A model generated the notes under the pieces. It made no database searches, had not been told where the DNA came from, and saw only the letters and a list, made by a program, of their open reading frames with translations. Position numbers and translations under genes: made by a program. Positions 56,014-64,000 of a stretch of DNA of 64,000 nt are shown piece after piece. This DNA comes from Eledone cirrhosa (Eukaryota). The stretch lies in assembly GCA_964016885.1 (NCBI GenBank), contig OZ024754.1, positions 5,146,001 through 5,210,000 of the forward strand, written 5' to 3'. Each line of letters starts with the position of its first letter. The first letter of the stretch is position 1.

Positions 56014-56167
56014 CAGTGATTTTCAACCAGTGTACCGCGAAATCTTCCTAAGTGTACCGCGAAATTTTATTTTCGCCCTGTTTTTATTTTGTAAAATTCA
56101 AATATTTTTCATATATATTTAGCCGCTATTTTTTCATTTGCTCAAAAAAAAAGGTTGAGAACCACTG
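56014..56167. mobile_element. hAT-type MITE
   Basis: TIRs CAGTGATTTTCAACC / GGTTGAGAACCACTG and TSD GCCTAGAA/ACCTAGAA (7/8). Confidence 0.8.
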
Positions 56168-56848
56168 ACCTAGAAGGACAAAAGCTGAAACGTGTTCTAA
56201 AGGTTTATCATATGTTGTTAGGTGGAGATGTTGATAATTTTCCTCCGTTGATATACAATTAATTTGGAAAGGTATACAAATTGTCCAATTTCTGATACAT
56301 GTCTTCATATATTCTTCATTTTCCTATTTCAGTTTATTGATTCAATATTCTCATAGTAGATTTTTACTTTTGCTGTCTGCTTGTTGGTAGATTGGTCTAA
56401 ACTTGTGGCTGGTTCAAAATTGTTTTCAACTATTATCTAGACATAGGACTGAGTCAACCGAGCCCAACGTTATCATGTTTAAGGGATTTAGTGAGAGATA
56501 CCATATCGGCATCAAACCATCACCTTTCTGATATCAGAACTGGTAATAAACGTTTAAAATATTCTACGACTTGAGCACTGAATGGCATTACACTAATAAA
56601 AGGTCCTTTTATCTGTGTAGCATAAGTGATCAGCTTGTAATCAAATATATATCTTTGACGTGTCACTATTTCAATTATGGTATGGAAGGATGGAGATGGA
56701 CGATTGACGACTCTTTGGGCACGCACAGGAGAATAAAGTAATCTGAATAAGAATGTGTCGGTGTTTGCGGAGGAAAATATAATATAATCTAAAGATATGA
56801 AATATAGCATGCAAGTAGAACAGGAATATATACACACACACGGACACA

Positions 56849-56921
<73 letters not shown>

Positions 56922-56953
56922 TAAGAACAAAAGATGGTTAAAGGAGTTCCATG

Positions 56954-57019
56954 TATTTTATTATGCGCATTTCAAAATATCATCATGCAATAATATTTGT
57001 GTTTTCATCAGATAAAACA
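56954..57019 (-). ncRNA. Minimal type-I hammerhead (family A subfamily)
   Basis: Reverse complement: TGTTTTAT-CTGATGA-AAA..AATATTATT(GCAT)GATGATATT-TT-GAA-ATGCGCAT-A-ATAAAATA. Stem III is a perfect palindrome. Confidence 0.72.
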
Positions 57020-57089
57020 GGAGGACATGATATGAAGGCTAAAAAACACTTGTGGATAGGTCAGTTTTAAATCAACATATATATATATA

Positions 57090-57221
<132 letters not shown>

Positions 57222-57311
57222 TGTGTGTGTGTATTTGCAAGAGATGTCAACATGAATGGACCTGTTATTTTTATCTAAAGACATTTTTTTCCAATTCCAA
57301 CCCGCCCGTCT

Positions 57312-57429
57312 CCTCAATCTATTTTATTTCTCATTCTTTCTTCTGGTGAAGGAATGGCGTCCGAAACGTTAACCTAATATATCCCTTCCATATACTGTAC
57401 CGATTGTGTTATTATTTCTGTTTGCCTTT

Positions 57430-57432
<3 letters not shown>
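57312..57432 (+). mobile_element. Family B element, core mutated (CTGGTGA), with internal deletion
   Basis: Aligns with 16490-16639, keeps GGA..TCC-GAAACGTT, and lacks the segment between two (C/T)GTTAA motifs. Confidence 0.7.
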
Positions 57433-57505
<73 letters not shown>

Positions 57506-57815
57506 CATATATATATATGTATATATATATGTATATATACATATAGATATATATTGTATATTGAAATACCTATACATTAAATTATACTTACAATTACGAA
57601 TATTGGATAACAGATACACACATACCGATGTATAAACTTACACAAAAAAATTTTACAGTATATAAGTTTATACACAGTATACCTATATATACTGTATATA
57701 TAGAGAGGGAGGCATATACATATATATATATATATATATAAACGGAAAAAATGAAACGAAATTTCATTTCTCACTCTTAGTACGGTTGTTACTTAAATAT
57801 AAGTACGTTTCCATA

Positions 57816-57863
<48 letters not shown>

Positions 57864-58185
57864 CAAAATGAGACAAGCGTAATACACAGACATAATTGTA
57901 CACATCCACATATATACACACGTGAACATGTATGTACGTTTCTGCACGCAGATCTGTACAAAAGATAGAAAATACAAAAAGTAATTCCAAATATATATAT
58001 ATAGATATGAATAAATGATAGAGAAGATATGGAAAATAGATAAAAGAAATGTGTCAAAATGTAGAAAGAAATATGTCAAAATGTAGAAAGAAATATAAAG
58101 TCTATGAAATATAAATATATTAAATGCACATGAAATACATATGTACTCGTACACATAAACAAACACACACATGCACATATATATA

Positions 58186-58255
<70 letters not shown>

Positions 58256-58412
58256 CATATTTATGTAAAAGTGCATAAACTATGTACAAGTAATTCAATG
58301 TATACATATGTACTTATATATATACATGTATGTATATATATATCTATGCATATACATATACATATATATATATATATATGTATATGTGTGTGTGTATGTG
58401 TGTGTATGTGTG

Positions 58413-58449
<37 letters not shown>

Positions 58450-58603
58450 AGACGCATTCACTGAGCCCACCTGCGAACACACACATACGCACGTTGCTGT
58501 AAGCATAATATATAAATATATATTTCATATACATATAAAGCTCATAAAATATATACCTATAAATGTAGCCTCAATATGATACAGAATATACGTTCATAAT
58601 ATA

Positions 58604-58645
<42 letters not shown>

Positions 58646-58819
58646 GTAATATCGTATATAAAGTGCAAAAAGTACAAAAAATGTTTATTATGAAAAGTAA
58701 AATGTTTCAAATATTTAAGGAAGTGAGAAGATATATATTTACTGAGTAAAAGATAAAGATAAATTGATATCATATATGGTAGATCATTATTTGTGATAGA
58801 GCCTCGGAGGGATTTCAAC

Positions 58820-59117
58820 TATGATCTGAATTCAAATCCCGCCGAGGGTAGCTTTGCTTTTCATCCTTACGGGGTCGATAAAATAAAGTACCAGTAATGC
58901 ATTGGGATAATTGCTGGCCTTGTGCCAACAGTAGAAACAATTATTTATGATAGAGATCGCTAGACACCATACTTTGCAGCATAGTTATGGCCCTTTACGT
59001 TCTGAGTTCAAATCCCGCCACGGTTAACTTTGCCTTTCATCCTTACAGGGCTGATAAAATAAAATACCAGTAATGCACTGGGTAATTGGTGACCTTGTGC
59101 CAAAAGTAGAAACAATT
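58820..59117 (+). mobile_element. Two tandem major-SINE copies
   Basis: Consensus match. Each copy is followed by TTATGATAGAGAT. Confidence 0.85.
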
Positions 59118-59232
59118 CTTTATGATAGAGATTCATACTTGTGTATCAGTCTATCACGTTATTCTGCTTCAGTTATCCTTTCAATATATATTTATTATTC
59201 TTGCTTCTACTGAACGAGGCCGGTGTCAGCCA

Positions 59233-59432
59233 TCGCGTGGCCTCGTGGTAATTGTGTTGGACATACGATTATAATGTCGTGGATCTGATTCCTGGACTGG
59301 GTTGCGTGTTGTGTTCTTGAGCACAACACTTCATTTCACGTTGCTCCGGTATACTCATCTGAAAATGTGTACCAGCAATTGCTGGGGGTTTAACCCTGCG
59401 ATGGACAGGGTCTTTAACCCTGCGATGGACTG
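59233..59432 (+). mobile_element. Old tRNA/CORE-like SINE
   Basis: TGGCCTCGTGG head, TGTTGTGTTCTTGAGCACAACACTTCATTTCACGTTGCTCC, and duplicated TTAACCCTGCGATGGAC. Confidence 0.65.
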
Positions 59433-60097
59433 TGTGTTGAACCCCGGCAGGACTCGCTAGAAGGAATGTTTGAGGACTCTGCCCGCACAGCCCTACCAGG
59501 AATATGTTGGCGAAGAAGAGGACGCTTTTCTGGTTATTCGACTCTCTAAATTATTGACCTATACACTGTACACCAGGATGATATATTCCCGTTGTGCTTC
59601 AGCTTAATGCGATTAAGATTACGGGGTGTGTAATTGTCTACTATCTATAGAAGTTTAGGAAGGTTTTTGATAGTGTGGTTCATGTACTACAAAATCTGTT
59701 CTACTATTTATTACAGGGGTATATTTCTAAAGTATTCACTCAACACAAATTACATATAGTAGAACCGCCTCTGTATTGATGTGCTGGCCTAATATTCGAC
59801 CAAGACAATGTTGCTCTATAGTATCTTGTGTCATGTGGTATATTAGCACTGATAGGGTCAAGCTTCTTCTCTTAACTAACACATTTAATGGGTGTCGGCG
59901 TTTACACTACCTAAACTTGAACTCTATCACGACCGCTTCTATACATTTATACACCTTATTTCTCATAGTATATTTACTTTTCATTACGTTAAATTCAATA
60001 AATATAGTACCTGTCTCAGATTGGAGACGATACCATCCCCCCCCCTCCCCTCTCTCTCTCTCTATATATATATATAGAGAGATATGAAAAGATTGAG

Positions 60098-60186
60098 GAC
60101 CCCGACGGCTGCGCTTAGGCCGTTTCGAACTTGAGGATCGAGTACTCTAGTCGTTTAGGTCCACCTGGTCGATTTTTTTACCACAC
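60098..60186. mobile_element. Diverged relative of the PLE terminal repeat, in inverted arrangement
   Basis: Minus 60128-60098 reads TCGAAACGGC-CTAAGCGCA-GCCGTC-GGGGTC (HHR 3' half). Plus 60140-60186 has GAGTACT..GGTCCACCTGGT..TTACCACA, resembling 35454-35495. Confidence 0.6.
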
Positions 60187-60237
60187 CCGATATGATATAG
60201 ATACACACACACACACACACATTCACACACACACATA

Positions 60238-60280
<43 letters not shown>

Positions 60281-61282
60281 ACACACACACACACACACAT
60301 ATATATTTATCTTTCACTGGTTTAAACGCCATAGATACGTATGTCGATACTGTAACTATATTGTCTCAATAAGAAGACCCATGAACGAACGGATGGACGG
60401 ACGGACGAATGGACGTATTTAATATATACTGCGCCAACACAATCATTGCCACTATACTTGATAAGTTTTTAATCGATCGATCAACTTATTGAATTAACAA
60501 ACAAATGAAGTCCTATACATCCGATCATAATTCTGTTGGAAAATGAATGATCAGGTGGCTTATCATGAACAAAATAACATCACCACCACCACCTCTATCA
60601 CCATTATCATCAACATCATCATTATCACTACCATCACCACCACCAGCACAATCATCATCGTCACCACCACCATCACCACCACCATCATCATCACTACATC
60701 CAACACCATTACCACAATCACCCCACCGTCTCCACCACTAGCAACACGACAGCCACCACCATCATCATCACCGTCAGCATCACCATCATCATCACCATCA
60801 CCATCACCATCACCATCATCATCAGCATCAACAACACCATCACCACCACCAGCAACACAACCTCCATTACCATTATCATCATCATCATAATCACCATCAC
60901 CATCGCCATCATCGTCATCATCATTAAGGATCGTCACCACTCATACCATCATCATTATCATCGTTGTTGTCATCATCATCATCATCATCGTAATCGTCAT
61001 TATCATTATCATCATCATTGCCATCACCAACTAAAACAACATCATAATCACCTGCGCCACAACTGCTGACATCAACACCACCATCATCATCCTCATAGTC
61101 ATCAGGTATTCATCATTACTGTAATCAGCCCAGCCTCCCTTTCACTTCCCGTCATCCTTATCATAATTAACATTATCATCTTCATTTTATATCGAGAATA
61201 ATTCTAAAAATACATGAAATGAATTATTCTCACACACACTCACATATATAAGTATATATATATATATAAATATATACATATG

Positions 61283-61361
<79 letters not shown>

Positions 61362-61473
61362 GTATATTTGTTTACATATATATATATATATACATCTATA
61401 TATATATACATCTTTATATATATATATCTAAATATATATATGTTTATATATATATATATATATTGTATTTATG

Positions 61474-61524
<51 letters not shown>

Positions 61525-61552
61525 ATATATATATATATGTGTGTATATATGT

Positions 61553-61593
<41 letters not shown>

Positions 61594-62146
61594 AGTGTGT
61601 GTGTGCATATGTATGAATGCATGCAGGTGTGTACATGCGTCTGTATTCATTACTTTATATACGTAATCATACCTATACAGATGAACTTAAAAAATGAAAC
61701 CTCATTCATAATAGAGAAAGATAAGAATGCAAAATCGATTCTTCCTAAAATAACAGCAGTATAAATTTTAATTGGAGACACCAGATTCAGAGATACACAG
61801 CGTGGGAACCATGTATATGGTGTGATGCTGTGAGAAAGACAGCTAGATACATGGATTAGAAAAAATACTTATATACAATCATTATGAAAAATAGTTGAGA
61901 AAATCGGGTAATGTACACCTAGATAATGAAAAAGTAGACTGAGACGCCTGCGAGAAGTCGAAACTGGTATCTCTTGAATGATGTATAAGTTCATTAAACA
62001 TTACGCTAAATAGTTTCTGGCAACTCATTATGCCGTCTTCAGAAGGTTTGCAAACTCCATCTCGAAGTGAAAGCAGCCTGTTGACTTATAAAGAATTGAA
62101 AAATTTGAAATTTGAAATGTAATCGTCGCATCACAAATGATTATAA

Positions 62147-63393
62147 TAATTGTTTCTACAAGGCCAGCAATTACCCAGTGCATTACTGGTACTTTATTTT
62201 ATCGACACCGTAAGGATGAAAGGCAAAGTTAACCTCGGCGGCATATGAACTCAGAATGGCAAGGGCCATAACTCTATGCGTCAAAGCATGTCGTCTGACC
62301 CTCTACTGATACTGATAGCCACCCAATGTTAAATATTAGTTGAGGAATTCATGTAAAATACATTGGAAAGGGAGAGACCTTACAGAGGAGCCTGCGAAAG
62401 TACACCTTCTAGCAAGAGGTGAACGTAATGGTTTCTGATTTGGGTGCAAGGCTAACAATTTTGAGAGAATCAAAAGCCGAGTAAATCGACACCAGTCAGT
62501 TACACGTACTTAATTTTATCGACCTTGTAAGGATTAAAGGCAAAGGTAACATCGGAGGGATTTGAACTGAGAACGTAAAGGGCCGTAACGCTATACTACA
62601 AAGCATGTTGTCCGACGCTCTACCAATACTGCTAGAAATTATTAAATACTGAGAAATTTGAAATTTATAGGGTACTCGACGCAAAGCAAATATCTGTAAT
62701 ATTTGTTTCTACTTTTGGCACAAGGCCACCAAAATACCCAGTACATTACTGGTACTTTATTTTATCGACCCCGTAAGGATGAAAGGCAAAGTTAACCCCG
62801 GCAGGATTTGAACTCAGAATGGCAAGGGCCGTAACTCTATGCGTCAAAGCATGGTGTCCGACCCTCTACCGATACTGCCAATATTAATATTAGTTAATAT
62901 AAGGGCGGTGGATTGGCAGTATCGGTAGAGGGTCGGACACCATGCTTTGCAGCAAAGAGTTACGGCCCTTTATGGTCTGAGTTCAAATCCCGCCGAGGTT
63001 CACTTTGCCTTTCATCCTTACGAGGTCGATAAAATAAAGTACCAGTAATGTACTGGGATAATTGCTGCCCTTGTGCCAAATATAGAAACAATTTATATTA
63101 GTTAATATTAGTTGATCTAATATTAGTTAATATTAGTTGATCTAATATTAGTTAATATTAGTTGATCTAATATTAGTTAATATTAGTTGATCTAATATTA
63201 GTTAATATTAGTTGATCTAATATTAGTTAATATTAGTTGATCTAATATTAGTTAATATTAGTTGACCATAAGTTCAATCCCGGCGAGATTAACTTCGCCT
63301 TTCATCTTTAAGGGGGGGGGGGTCGATAAGTTAAAACACCAGTAATACACTGGGGTATTTTGCTGGCCGTCTGCCAAAAGTAGAAACAATTAT
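62147..63393. mobile_element. Cluster of five major SINEs (three -, then two +)
   Basis: 62147-62322 (-), 62430-62633 (-), 62702-62881 (-), 62902-63093 (+), 63270-63393 (+). Confidence 0.9.
63096..63265. repeat. 25-bp tandem repeat
   Basis: TATTAGTTAATATTAGTTGATCTAA, about 6.8 copies. Confidence 0.95.
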
Positions 63394-64000
63394 ATGTAAT
63401 ACATTTTCAAATACTTTTCAAAATTATCAAATATTTGGAGTGGTGTAGTAGTGCACTCAACTCTCTCTTTATCAAGTTGGTGCTGGAATATAACTTCACA
63501 AAATTATCATAGTAGGTTTTTAGATAAATATAATCATATTATAATATACGGTTGTATATAAATAACCCGTGGCGTCTTCAGGTGATTTGTAATCACAAAA
63601 TCTAAATATTTCTTTCCCAATTGATTTACATATATGACCATGGATTTAGCATGGTTTCGCAACATAATACACTTGTAATAGCATTATATTCTGCACTGCA
63701 TATCAGTCTATTCCAAAAACTGGTATTTCCATCGAAGTATAATTTGATTTCATTCTCAGCGATATACTTGTGTCTATAAATATAGTTTTGTATATAAACT
63801 CTATAGATGCTATTCAGTGATCTTTTCTTTCGACTATCAGCCCCCTCTCTGTCTGTATGTCTACCTGTCTCTATGTCTGTATGTATGTCGTCTGTATTCC
63901 TCTCTCTCTCTCCCTCTCTCTCCCTCTCTCCCCATCTCTCTCCCGTGCGCGCATGTGTACACACACACACATATATATATGTAGGAGGTGAGTTTTATTG

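Overview
AT-rich, microsatellite-saturated eukaryotic genomic DNA. The repeat families resemble those of octopod cephalopods, which is an inference from recalled SINE consensus and was not searched. A 200-N scaffold gap lies at 25973-26172. No intact host protein-coding gene is evident, and nearly all listed ORFs are translations of (TA)n/(CA)n/(CAT)n/(CAC)n tracts. The window holds more than 25 copies or fragments of one tRNA-derived SINE, composite CORE/V-like SINEs with an RTE tail, RTE and R4/Dong-like LINE remnants, hAT and TTAA-type MITEs, and TE-derived minisatellites. It also holds a 5'-truncated Penelope-like element (PLE, Naiad-type GIY-YIG end) at 28861-30773. The main unexplained structure is a set of at least four distinct families of type-I hammerhead-ribozyme (HHR) folds in short elements within microsatellites. 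Several show compensatory base changes between copies, two have non-canonical cores (U3-A8 and U4A), and several occur as fold-back palindromes typical of PLE insertion. All folds were paired by eye and catalytic activity is untested.
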